Origin: an uncultured Actinomycetes bacterium
GTDB taxonomy: Bacteria > Actinomycetota > Acidimicrobiia > IMCC26256 > DASPTH01
Length of the DNA: 64,000 nucleotides
Assembly (NCBI GenBank): GCA_963726965.1
Contig: CAVSEI010000006.1
Span: forward strand, 454,448-518,447
Reading direction: 5' to 3'
Of the stretch, positions 39,813-48,691 are shown piece after piece (within the stretch, counting starts at the first letter, position 1; each line of letters starts with the position of its first letter). The notes under the pieces were generated by a model. The model saw nothing but the letters and a program-made list of their open reading frames with translations. It did no database searches and had not been told where the DNA came from. Both the position numbers and the translations under genes were made by a program.

Positions 39813-40454
39813 TTATTCGGACTCGGTGGATTCGGGCGCGGGCGCGTCGTCCGCGGTGACTTCGACCGGCGCTTCGTCGACAGCAGGCGCTTCGTCGACA
39901 GCAGGCACTTCCTCGGCGACCGGCACCGCTTCTCCGCCGGCGACCCGCTGGTCGATCAGCGCCTGGACGCCGTAGGCGAAGTTGCGGGTGAAGGCCTGGA
40001 ACAGCCCGGCCGCCTTGGTCAGCGGCGCCTGGAACATGCCCGCGATCTGCGTGAGCATCACCTCGCGCGAGGGGAGTTCGGCCAGCGCGTCGATGTCAGC
40101 GGGCGAGATGACCCGCTCTCCGAGCAGGCCGCCCTTCACGACCAGCGCCGGGTTGTTCTTCCCGAAGTCGCGCAGCGCCTTGGCGGCCGCCGCGGCGTCG
40201 CCCCGCACGAAGGCGATGGCGACCGGACCCTCGAACAACGACGCGATCTCGTCGAGCCCCGCGCCCTCGACCGCCCGCCGGGCCAGCGTGTTCTTGAAGA
40301 CCTTGTACTCGGTGCCCGACCCGCGGAGCGAGCCGCGCAGATCGGCGAGGTCGTGGACGGTCAGACCCCGGTACTCCGTGAGCACCGCCGCGTCTGACTC
40401 CTCGAGCTTCGTGCGGATTTCCTCGACGACCGCAACCTTCTCGGGTCTCGCCAT
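39813..40454 (-). CDS. rplJ: 50S ribosomal protein L10 with acidic repeat tail
   Basis: ATG at 40454. 213 aa, MARPEKVAVVEEIRTKLEESDAAVLTEYRGLTV... The tail reads EEVPAVDEAPAVDEAPVEV... Confidence 0.93.
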   Translation of the reverse strand: MARPEKVAVVEEIRTKLEESDAAVLTEYRGLTVHDLADLRGSLRGSGTEYKVFKNTLARRAVEGAGLDEIASLFEGPVAIAFVRGDAAAAAKALRDFGKNNPALVVKGGLLGERVISPADIDALAELPSREVMLTQIAGMFQAPLTKAAGLFQAFTRNFAYGVQALIDQRVAGGEAVPVAEEVPAVDEAPAVDEAPVEVTADDAPAPESTESE

Positions 40455-40642
40455 GCTTCGTGCCTCTCGCAGAAATGAACGGGGACGCCACCGCAGACAC
40501 GCGGGACGTCCCGTCTGGCAAGAGGGCGCCTCGTCCGGCGGGCCCGGCAACCGCTTCCCGAGAATTCACGAGAAGCGGCGGGGACCCATTACCTCGAAGA
40601 GACCGGAGGTCTGTGGCAGAGATTCAGTTGTGGGGGACGACG
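40455..40642 (-). promoter_or_regulatory. structured 5' leader of rplJ (possible L10-leader-type autoregulatory element)
   Basis: 188-nt untranslated gap between rplA and rplJ containing palindromes such as CGGGACGTCCCG. Assigned by position only. Confidence 0.3.
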
Positions 40643-41365
40643 TTACTCGCTGGACGCATTCACCGGCTCGTCGAGCCGGGTCACCGTCGGATCCACCTTC
40701 ACGCCGGGACCCATCGTCGAGCTCACGGTCACGGCCTTGATGTAGCGACCCTTCGACGCCGCGGGCTTGGCCCGCATCAACTCGTCGAGCACCGAGTGGT
40801 AGTTCTCGAGGACGGCGTGGGTGTCGAAGCTCGCCTTGCCGAGCGGTACGTGGACGTTGCCGTAGCGGTCGGTGCGGTACTCGACCTTGCCCGCCTTGAA
40901 CTCGGCGACGGTCTTGCCGACGTCCATCGTGACGGTGCCGGTCTTCGGGTTGGGCATGAGACCGCGCGGGCCGAGCGTTCGACCGAGCTTGCCCACCTGG
41001 GCCATGAGGTCGGGAGTCGCGATGGCGACGTCGAAGTCGAGGAAACCGCCTTCGACCCGGGCGATCAGATCATCGGCGCCGACGACGTCGGCGCCGGCTT
41101 CCTGGGCTTCGCGGGCGGCGTCACCGGCGGCGAACACGGCGACCCGCACGGTCTTGCCGGTGCCGTGGGGCAACGAAACCGTGCCCCGGATCATCTGCTC
41201 GGCCTTGCGAGGGTCGACCCCGAGGCGAACCGCGGCCTCGACCGTCTCGTCGAAATTGCGGGTGGCCATCGACTTGACCAGTTCGAGCGCCTCGGCCGGC
41301 GAGAACACCTGCTCGCGGTCGTATCGGCGTTGGGCATCGACGGTCTTCTTGCCGGGCTTGGTCAT
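40643..41365 (-). CDS. rplA: 50S ribosomal protein L1
   Basis: ATG at 41365. 240 aa, [31 protein letters not shown]... Confidence 0.94.
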   Translation of the reverse strand: MTKPGKKTVDAQRRYDREQVFSPAEALELVKSMATRNFDETVEAAVRLGVDPRKAEQMIRGTVSLPHGTGKTVRVAVFAAGDAAREAQEAGADVVGADDLIARVEGGFLDFDVAIATPDLMAQVGKLGRTLGPRGLMPNPKTGTVTMDVGKTVAEFKAGKVEYRTDRYGNVHVPLGKASFDTHAVLENYHSVLDELMRAKPAASKGRYIKAVTVSSTMGPGVKVDPTVTRLDEPVNASSE

Positions 41366-41441
41366 GGTGTCGCGCTCCTCGAGCTCCCTCGGTGAACCCG
41401 GATCCGGTCGCGAGGTCCTCGACCGGGGGGTGAACGTCGTG

Positions 41442-41870
41442 CTAGCCGCTGATCTCGATGCCCATCGAACGGGCGGTGCCGGCCACCTGGGCGATGGCGC
41501 CGTCGAGGTCGATGGCATTCAGATCGGGCATCTTGGTCTCGGCGATCTCGCGCACCTGCGCGCTCGTGACCTGGCCCGCCTTGTCGGTGCGCGGGTTCGA
41601 CGCGCCCTTCTCGATCCCGGCCGCCTGGCGCAGCAGGAACGGCGTCGGCGGCGTCTTGGTGACGAAGGTGAACGACCGGTCCTCGAAGATCGAGATCTCG
41701 GCCGGGATCACCATGCCGCGCTGGTTCTCGGTCTCGGCGTTGTACGCCTTGCAGAAGTCCATGATGTTGATGCCGTGCGGACCGAGCGCGGTACCCACCG
41801 GCGGAGCCGGGGTCGCCTGACCCGCAGGGATCTGGATCTTCACGATCGCCGCGAGCTTCTTCTTCGCCAT
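41442..41870 (-). CDS. rplK: 50S ribosomal protein L11
   Basis: ATG at 41870. 142 aa, [44 protein letters not shown]... Confidence 0.95.
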   Translation of the reverse strand: MAKKKLAAIVKIQIPAGQATPAPPVGTALGPHGINIMDFCKAYNAETENQRGMVIPAEISIFEDRSFTFVTKTPPTPFLLRQAAGIEKGASNPRTDKAGQVTSAQVREIAETKMPDLNAIDLDGAIAQVAGTARSMGIEISG

Positions 41871-42006
41871 CTCATTCGCTCCTTCGTTGCGGCGCAGGGT
41901 ACCTGCGCTCGCGGTCACTCGTCGCTGGCGAGCAACCTCCGGCTCACGCCTTCGGCTGCCGCTTCCGCCGGACGTTCCGGCTCAGCGGCTGAGTCGTGTC
42001 GATTAC

Positions 42007-42771
42007 CTACAGTTTTGCGACTTGGCCGAGTTCGAGTTCGACGGGGGTTTCACGGCCGAAGATGTTGACCAGCACGGTGAGCTTCGAGCGGGCGACGTCG
42101 ATGTCGGAGATCGCGCCGTTGAAATCGGCGAAGGGCCCGGTCGTGACCCGCACCTGTTCACCGACCTCGTACTCGAGGCGCGGCCGCACCTTCTTCTCCT
42201 GACCGGGCTCGACCGCGGCGCCGGAGCCGAGGATCCCCTCGACCTCCTTCCGGGACAACGGGGTCGGGCGGGCGCCGTTCCCGACGAAGCCGGTGACACC
42301 CGGCGTGTTGCGCACGACGTACCACGAGTCGTCGTCGAGGGCCATGCGCACCAGCAGGTACCCGGGGAACACCTTCTTCTGCACGACGACCTTGCGGCCA
42401 CCCTTGAACTCGATGACGTCCTCCATCGGGATGACGACCTCGAAGATCTGTTCCTCGACGTTCATCGAACGCACCCGGCTGGCGAGGTTCTGCTTGACCT
42501 TGTTCTCGTAGCCCGCGTAGGTGTGCACCACGAACCAGTCGCCCGGCCGCTCGAACGGGCTCGGCTCGCGCGGCGCGACCTCTTCGTCGTCCTCCTCGGC
42601 GATGACGTCGAGCAGTTCGGCCTCGGCGAGATCACCGGGCTCGACCACCTCGACGACCTCGACGACCTCTACCACCTCGGCGATCTCGGCGATCTCGGCG
42701 ATCTCGGCGATCTCCTCGTCGGCGCGGTTGTCAGGTTCGGGAAAGACAGCAGTCATGGGTACATCGATCAA
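42007..42771 (-). CDS. nusG: transcription termination/antitermination factor NusG with repetitive acidic N-terminal extension
   Basis: 254 aa. N-terminus [25 protein letters not shown], then the NGN domain [18 protein letters not shown] and a KOW domain. Confidence 0.93.
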   Translation of the reverse strand: MIDVPMTAVFPEPDNRADEEIAEIAEIAEIAEVVEVVEVVEVVEPGDLAEAELLDVIAEEDDEEVAPREPSPFERPGDWFVVHTYAGYENKVKQNLASRVRSMNVEEQIFEVVIPMEDVIEFKGGRKVVVQKKVFPGYLLVRMALDDDSWYVVRNTPGVTGFVGNGARPTPLSRKEVEGILGSGAAVEPGQEKKVRPRLEYEVGEQVRVTTGPFADFNGAISDIDVARSKLTVLVNIFGRETPVELELGQVAKL

Positions 42772-43064
42772 TCGAAGAGGAAGAGCACGAATTTGGAGGA
42801 CGCGTAGTCGAAACCGAAGATCAGGGATGTCATCACGACGACCGCGATCAACACGATGATCGTGGAGTTGATGACTTCCTTCTTGGTGGGCCAGGCGACC
42901 TTGCGCAGCTCACCTCTGACCTCGGAGAGGTACTCCTTCGGGCCGATCTTCTCCCGGGTCGGCGCCGCAGACGGTGGACGGCGCTTCTCGTCGGACGCGC
43001 GCGACTTGGGCTTGTCGGTGCCCTGCTTCGCCATCATGCGCTTCGTCTGTCGGTTCATCGACAC
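42768..43064 (-). CDS. secE: preprotein translocase subunit SecE
   Basis: 98 aa. ...YLSEVRGELRKVAWPTKKEVINSTIIVLIAVVVMTSLIFGFD... Confidence 0.9.
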   Translation of the reverse strand: MSMNRQTKRMMAKQGTDKPKSRASDEKRRPPSAAPTREKIGPKEYLSEVRGELRKVAWPTKKEVINSTIIVLIAVVVMTSLIFGFDYASSKFVLFLFD

Positions 43065-43110
43065 GGCGTCGCCGTCCTCAGGATGCTCGTCATCAAGTCG
43101 TCGTTCGCTG

Positions 43111-43183
43111 CAGGGCAGGAGGGAATCGAACCCCCAACCGCCGGTTTTGGAGACCGGTGCTCTACCAATTGAGCTACTGCCCT
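43111..43183 (-). tRNA. tRNA-Trp (anticodon CCA)
   Basis: AGGGCAGTAGCTCAATTGGTAGAGCACCGGTCTCCAAAACCGGCGGTTGGGGGTTCGATTCCCTCCTGCCCTG. Cloverleaf folded by hand. Anticodon loop CTCCAAA. Confidence 0.9.
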
Positions 43184-43259
43184 CCGGGCGCGGTCGGCCG
43201 GACCCACAAGGTTAGCAGCGGGATTCGCGGGCGGCCGAGGCGGCATCCCCGGTCCGGAC

Positions 43260-46200
43260 TCAGAACTGCACCACCGACCCGGTGCTGAACGAGCCGCTGA
43301 TCGCGGTGCCGACGGCGTTCTTGATCGCGCTGTCGGGGGTGTAGGTGGCGGTGCTGGTCCCGACGGTACCGAGGGTCCCGGCGCCGGCCGAGGCGCCGAG
43401 GGTGACGGTCAGCGTCCAGTTGGTCGCGTCCCAGGTGATGGTCGACGCCGAAGCCCCCGAGCCGCTGAAGGTCCGGTTTCCGCTGGTCACGTACCCGACC
43501 GCCCCCAGGTTCAAGGTCCCCAGGTGGAACGTGCACGTGGCACTGGTCACGGTCACGGTGTCGTTGCCGGCCCCGCCGTCGGTGAGGGTCACCGTCACGT
43601 CGTTGGCCCCGGACAGGGACTGGTCGGTGAGGTTGCCGCTCCACGTCGAGCACAGCGAGGCCACCCCGAGGGTCTCGGAGTAGGTCACGACGATGCGATC
43701 ACCGGCCTGGACCCGCCCCGCGGTGCCGCCACCGTCGACCAACTGGACCGCGATCGTGTTCGGCGCGGCATTCTGCACTTCGACCGGGATCACAGGTGAC
43801 GTGAAGGTGTTCCCCGCCTTGTCGGTCGTGACAACCCGTACGTCGTAGCGCCCGTCGGCGAATCCCGAGGTCGTGTTCCAGGTGACCGAGTACGGCGAGG
43901 TCGTGTCGGCCGCGCCGAGGTTGGTCCACGTACCCGCGCCGCGCGGCGACGTCTGGAATTGGGCCGAGGACACACCTGAGCCGCTGTCGGCCGAGTTCGC
44001 CGACACCGCGACGCTCGCGCCGGACACGAACGCGTTGGTGGCGGGGGCCGTGACCGAACCGGACGGCGCGGTGTTGTCGACCCGCACGCCGGCGATCGTC
44101 GCCGACGTGAACGTGGTTGCCAGGTTGTCCGTCGTGATCACCCGGAGGTCGTAGAGCCCGTCGGCGAACGCCGTCGTGTCCCAGGTGGTGGCGTACGGCG
44201 TCACCGTGTCAGCCGCGCCCAGGTTCGACCACGTCCCCGCGCCCGCGGGCGACACCTGGAACTGCGCCGAGGCCACCCCGGAACCGGCGTCGGCCGAGTT
44301 CGACGTGACCGCCACCGCGGATCCTCGGACGTTCGCTGCGGCCGCCGGCGCGGTCACCGATCCGGTCGGGGCGGTCGAATCGATCGTGAACGTGAACGCG
44401 CTCGTCGCGGTGTTCCCCGCCGCGTCGGCCACCGTCACCGTGTAGGTCCCCGGCGCCGACGCGCCGCTCGTCCACGTGAACGCGCTCGACGAGTAGGGCC
44501 CACCCGACGGCGTCGTCACCGTCTCGACCGCGTGCGTCCAGCCCGCCGTCGCCTGCACCGGGAAGGACGCCGACGCCGGGCCCGATCCCGCATCGGTGAC
44601 CGTCGCGACCAGGCTGAAGCTGCCCGCCGCGCTCGCCTTGAAGTAGATCTTCGTGCCGACTCGGAACGCGCCCGTCGCGCCGGGCGCGACCACGGTCGAC
44701 ACCGTCGGGACCGTGTTGTCGACGCGGACCGTCGTGAGCGCCGACGTGAAGGTGTTGCCGGCCTTGTCGGTGGTGATGACCTGGAGGTCGTAGAGGCCGT
44801 CGGTGACCCCGGTCGTGACCCAGCTCGCGGAGTACGGCGACGTCGTGTCGGCGGCGGCGACGTTGGTCCACGTGTTGGTCCCCGCGGGCGAGCGCTGGAA
44901 CAGCGCCGAGGAGACTCCGGATCCGGTGTCGGCCGAGTTCGCACTGATGGTCACCGTGGCCCGGAGGTTGGCCGATGCGAGTGGCGCGGTGATCACGCCG
45001 GTGGGCGCAGTGTTGTCGACGCGAACGCTGGCGATGGTGGCCGAGGTGGTCACGTTCCCGGCGACGTCGGTGGTGATCACCCGCAGGTCGTAGAGCGCAT
45101 CGGCGAACGTCGTGGTGTCCCAGGTCACCGCGTACGGCGCGCCCGTGAGCGTGGCGCCGAGGCTGGTCCAGGTCGCGGCCGAGTGGGGCGTCGACTGGAA
45201 TTGCACCGTGGCCACGCCCGAGCCGGCGTCGGCCGAACTCGACGTCACTGCGACCGCGGTCCCGCGCACGTTGGCCGACGCCGCGGGCGCGGTGACCGCA
45301 CCCGTGGGCGCAGTGTTGTCGACCCGCAGGTTGGTGACCACCGGTGAGGTGAACGAGTTCCCCGCCTTGTCGGTGGTGACGGCGCGCAGGTCGTAGAGAC
45401 CGTCAGGGGTACTCGTCGTCGTCGTCCAGGTGACGGCGTACGGCGCGGTCGTGTCGGCAGCACCCTGGCTGCTCCACGTGTTCGTGCCCGCCGGCGAGCG
45501 CTGGAACTGCACCGACGTGACGCCGGAACCGACGTCGGCGGAGTCGGTCGACATCGTGATGGCGCCGCGGAGGACGCCGTTGGTGGCCGGGGCCGTGACC
45601 GAGCCGGACGGCGCGGTGTTGTCGACCCGCACACCGGCGATCGTGGCCGACGTGAAGGTGTTCCCGACGTTGTCGGTCGTGATCACGCGCAGGTCGTACA
45701 ACCCGTCGGCGAACGCGGTCGTGTCCCACGTCGCCGCGTACGGCGTCACCGTGTCGGCCGCGCCGAGGTTCGACCACGACCCCGCACCGGTCGGCGATGA
45801 CTGGAACTGTGCCGACGCCACGCCCGACGATGCGTCTGCAGAGCTCGACGTGACCGCGACCGCCGATCCGCGGACGTTCGCGGCGGCCGCCGGCGCGGTG
45901 ACCGAACCCGTCGGCGCGGTCGAGTCGATCGTGAACGTGACCGCGCTCGTCGCGGTGTTCCCCGCCGCGTCCGTCACCGTCACCGTGTACGTCCCCGGCG
46001 CCGACGCGCCGTTCGCCCACACGAACGAACTCGAGGTGAAGGGGCCATTCGCGGGCGTCGACACGGTCTCGGCGGCGTGTGTCGTCCAGCCGGCCGCGCT
46101 CAGGATCGGGAAGGTCGCCGAACCGCCGCCCGAGCCCGCGTCGGTGACGGTGGCAACCAGCCGATACGAACCCGCCGCGTTCGCCTTGAAGTAGACCTTG

Positions 46201-47681
46201 CTGGTCGCCGCGTTGAAGAACGCGCCCGTCGGACTGGCAGCCAACGCCAGCGAGACCGCGGGCGCGGTGTTGTCCACCCGCACGCTCGTCACTGCCGCGG
46301 ACGTGAACGCGTTGCCGACGTTGTCGGTCGTGACAACGCGCAGGTCGTAGAGACCGTCGGTGAACGACGTGGTCGTCCAGGTCGTGCTGTACGGCGCGGT
46401 GACGTCGGCGGTCCCGAGGTTCGACCACGACCCCGCTCCCGCGGTCGAGATCTGGAACTGCGCCGATGCGACACCCGATTGCGTGTCTGCGGAATCCGCG
46501 GTGACCGTCACCGTCGCCCGCACGTTGGTCGACGCACCGGGCGCGGTCACCGAGCCCGACGGCGCCGTCGTCTCGGCGGCGAAGCTGACCGTCGACGTCG
46601 AGCTGTTGCCGGCGACGTCCGTGGCGGTGACGGTGTACGCGCCCGGGGTACCCGCGGCGTTCACCCAGGTGAACGTGGTCGACGAGTACGGACCGCCGAC
46701 GGGCGACGCGACGGTCTCCGCGGCGTGCGTCGTCCACCCGGCGGCGGTGAGCACGGGAAAGGTCGCGGACGCCGCGCCCGATCCTGCATCGGTGACCGTG
46801 GCCACCAGACCGAAGTTCCCGGCACCACCCGGATTGAAGAAGACGGTGGAGCCCACCGTGGCCGCGTTGTTCGCGCCCGCGGCCAGCGCGATCGACACCA
46901 CCGGTGCGGTGTTGTCGACCCGCACGTTCGTCACCGCCGCCGACGTGTGGGCGTTCCCGACGTTGTCGGTCGTGACCACGCGCAGGTCGTAGAGACCGTC
47001 GGTCACCGCGGTCGTGTCCCAGGCCACGGAGTACGGCGACACGGTGTCCGGGGCCCCGATCGTGGTCCACGTGCTGCCGCCGTGCGGCGCGCGTTGGAAC
47101 CGAGCCGAGGCGACCCCGGACTCGGCGTCGGCGGAGTCCGACGTCACCGCCACCGCGGTGCCCCGTACGATCGCGCCTGCCGCAGGCGCGGTCACCGCAC
47201 CAGTCGGCGGGGTCGAGTCGGGATCGTCGACGTTGAGGGCGTCGCTCACGTCGCTCGTCGCGGTCCAGCTGGAGAAGTTCGCGGTGACCTGCCACACGTA
47301 GGTCCCGGCACCCGGCACGTCGGAGCACGTCGTCGTGGTGATCCGGATCGTCGGTGACGTCCCGCACACGTCGGTCCACGTGGAGTCGTTCTCGTCGAAG
47401 CGTTCGACGCGGTAGTCGACGGTGCCGGCCCCGGGGGGGCTCGCCGCCGCCCAGTCCAGCGAGACCACGCCGTTCGTCGCCGAGACCGACGGGACCCCGG
47501 GCTCGCCGAGGGTGCCGGCCACTGACGGGGCGGCACCGAAGCCCCCGGTGGTCCAGAACCCGAACGCGAGGGCCGACAGCGCGCCGAGGGCGACGGTCGA
47601 CAGGGCGAGCAGGAGCAGGCGGCGGGGGGCTGAGGTCATGACGGGAAGCCGGGTTCGGTGGGGGCGTGGCGTCGCGCGCAC
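43260..47681 (-). CDS. 1473-aa cell-surface protein built of Ig-like repeat modules (N-terminal anchor/signal, FN3-like domain, 8 type-A + 3 type-B ~95-aa modules, distinct C-terminal domain)
   Basis: Single uninterrupted ORF. Hydrophobic N-terminus RRLLLLALSTVALGALSALAFGFW. Type-A modules end in VRVDNTAP and carry SGV-x-S-x-QFQ...PY...W-T/D-TT...DGLYDLRV-x-TTD-x-x-GN, which I recall as Big_7-type Ig domains. Type-B modules carry [11 protein letters not shown]...GWT-x-HA-x-ETV...YTVT-x-x-D-x-AGN. No LPXTG motif. Confidence 0.8.
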   Translation of the reverse strand: MRATPRPHRTRLPVMTSAPRRLLLLALSTVALGALSALAFGFWTTGGFGAAPSVAGTLGEPGVPSVSATNGVVSLDWAAASPPGAGTVDYRVERFDENDSTWTDVCGTSPTIRITTTTCSDVPGAGTYVWQVTANFSSWTATSDVSDALNVDDPDSTPPTGAVTAPAAGAIVRGTAVAVTSDSADAESGVASARFQRAPHGGSTWTTIGAPDTVSPYSVAWDTTAVTDGLYDLRVVTTDNVGNAHTSAAVTNVRVDNTAPVVSIALAAGANNAATVGSTVFFNPGGAGNFGLVATVTDAGSGAASATFPVLTAAGWTTHAAETVASPVGGPYSSTTFTWVNAAGTPGAYTVTATDVAGNSSTSTVSFAAETTAPSGSVTAPGASTNVRATVTVTADSADTQSGVASAQFQISTAGAGSWSNLGTADVTAPYSTTWTTTSFTDGLYDLRVVTTDNVGNAFTSAAVTSVRVDNTAPAVSLALAASPTGAFFNAATSKVYFKANAAGSYRLVATVTDAGSGGGSATFPILSAAGWTTHAAETVSTPANGPFTSSSFVWANGASAPGTYTVTVTDAAGNTATSAVTFTIDSTAPTGSVTAPAAAANVRGSAVAVTSSSADASSGVASAQFQSSPTGAGSWSNLGAADTVTPYAATWDTTAFADGLYDLRVITTDNVGNTFTSATIAGVRVDNTAPSGSVTAPATNGVLRGAITMSTDSADVGSGVTSVQFQRSPAGTNTWSSQGAADTTAPYAVTWTTTTSTPDGLYDLRAVTTDKAGNSFTSPVVTNLRVDNTAPTGAVTAPAASANVRGTAVAVTSSSADAGSGVATVQFQSTPHSAATWTSLGATLTGAPYAVTWDTTTFADALYDLRVITTDVAGNVTTSATIASVRVDNTAPTGVITAPLASANLRATVTISANSADTGSGVSSALFQRSPAGTNTWTNVAAADTTSPYSASWVTTGVTDGLYDLQVITTDKAGNTFTSALTTVRVDNTVPTVSTVVAPGATGAFRVGTKIYFKASAAGSFSLVATVTDAGSGPASASFPVQATAGWTHAVETVTTPSGGPYSSSAFTWTSGASAPGTYTVTVADAAGNTATSAFTFTIDSTAPTGSVTAPAAAANVRGSAVAVTSNSADAGSGVASAQFQVSPAGAGTWSNLGAADTVTPYATTWDTTAFADGLYDLRVITTDNLATTFTSATIAGVRVDNTAPSGSVTAPATNAFVSGASVAVSANSADSGSGVSSAQFQTSPRGAGTWTNLGAADTTSPYSVTWNTTSGFADGRYDVRVVTTDKAGNTFTSPVIPVEVQNAAPNTIAVQLVDGGGTAGRVQAGDRIVVTYSETLGVASLCSTWSGNLTDQSLSGANDVTVTLTDGGAGNDTVTVTSATCTFHLGTLNLGAVGYVTSGNRTFSGSGASASTITWDATNWTLTVTLGASAGAGTLGTVGTSTATYTPDSAIKNAVGTAISGSFSTGSVVQF

Positions 47682-47709
47682 GCCCCCACCATTCCCTCGG
47701 AGCCGAGGA

Positions 47710-48180
47710 CTACGGGTTGGCGGTGTAGTCGACGGTGATGGTGACGCTCTTGCAGTTGTCCTGGTTCAGGCCGTTGTCCAGCATGCTGACGGTCAGGCCG
47801 GACCACGAGCCGACGCCGGTCCCGTTCGGGACGACGATGGCGCCGGTGCCGGCGCCGCCGATGGCGAAGTCCGCTGCAGTACAGGTCGGCTTGTTGACGT
47901 CGGCCTGTGCGGTGAACGCGTGGACCGCGGCGGTCACTGAGGAGATGTGCACCGGGTGCGCGTTCGGGTTGTCGAACGTGCCCGACAGTGCCGCAGCCGG
48001 ACCACCCGGGTAGAGCCCCGTCGGTGATCCGGTCTGGTTGACGGTGATCGCGACCGTCGAACCCGTACTGGCCGTCCCCGAACCGTTCCCGCCTTGGGTC
48101 CAGTACGCGTAGGCGAGGCCACCGAGCACGAGCGCAGCGACCAACGCGGCGATAGCGGCGAACCGCTTCTTGATCTTCAA
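47710..48180 (-). CDS. small exported protein of unknown function (156 aa)
   Basis: TTG start 8 nt after AAGGAG. MKIKKRFAAIAALVAALVLGGLAYAYWTQGGNGSG..., two Cys, Gly/Thr-rich beta-type composition. 28 nt upstream of the giant ORF. Confidence 0.7.
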   Translation of the reverse strand: MKIKKRFAAIAALVAALVLGGLAYAYWTQGGNGSGTASTGSTVAITVNQTGSPTGLYPGGPAAALSGTFDNPNAHPVHISSVTAAVHAFTAQADVNKPTCTAADFAIGGAGTGAIVVPNGTGVGSWSGLTVSMLDNGLNQDNCKSVTITVDYTANP

Positions 48181-48322
48181 AGAACCGCTCCTTGTGGAGG
48201 AATTGCCCCAGACGCGGTCTGTTACCTGCCTGCCCGCGCCGCCAACCGGGTGGCCGACCTGTTGGGTATCGGCCGGATGACGGAGCTCTGAACCCCGAAT
48301 GTCGCTTTTGGGAGCGCTCGGC

Positions 48323-48691
48323 TCAGCCCGCGGCGGGGACCCGACGGACGCGGGAGCGGTGCACGATCACTGCGGTGGCGGCGGCGCCGGCGGCGACCGC
48401 CGCACCGCCGATCGCACCGGCGTAGGCCAGTCGACGCCCCGAGAGGACCGAACGCATGGCGTGACGTTCGCCCGCCTCTTCGAGCGCGGCGAGGGTCTGG
48501 GCGAGCAACCCGGGGGCGGGTTCGAGATACCGCGTCCGCAGCAGTTGCAGCCCCCGCAGCATCTTGCGGTAGCGGGCGAGCTCGGCCTGGCACCGGAGAC
48601 AGGTCTCGATGTGGCGCTGCACCGACAGCTCCACCGCCGCACCCCCCTCGACCGCTTCGGGCAGGAGCCGGGCGACCTCGTCACACTGCAT
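48323..48691 (-). CDS. anti-sigma factor, zf-HC2 type, single C-terminal TM helix
   Basis: 122 aa. H-x3-C-x2-C in QRHIETCLRCQ. TM helix [23 protein letters not shown]. The start overlaps the sigma gene by 11 nt. Confidence 0.75.
   Translation of the reverse strand: MQCDEVARLLPEAVEGGAAVELSVQRHIETCLRCQAELARYRKMLRGLQLLRTRYLEPAPGLLAQTLAALEEAGERHAMRSVLSGRRLAYAGAIGGAAVAAGAAATAVIVHRSRVRRVPAAG

Noticed and set aside
41871-42006. nusG-rplK spacer hairpin GCGCAGG-GTA-CCTGCGC as an L1/L11 autoregulatory site or terminator.
   Set aside because: It is a short stem with a 3-nt loop and no U tract, and I cannot demonstrate resemblance to the L1 binding site by eye. Left unannotated.
43260-47681. Strong sequence periodicity, considered as a CRISPR array or satellite.
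   Set aside because: The repeats are ~285-bp protein modules inside one uninterrupted 4.4-kb ORF. There is no short repeat/spacer architecture, and no cas genes are present anywhere in the window.
48181-48322. ECF-type promoter (GGAAC-N16-17-CGT) for the exported-protein/giant-protein pair.
   Set aside because: The only GGT(T/A)(C/A)-like and CGTC-like motifs are 6 nt apart (GGTTCA-N6-CGTCA and GGTAAC-N6-CGTCT), the wrong spacing for a promoter. No confident call is possible from sequence alone.
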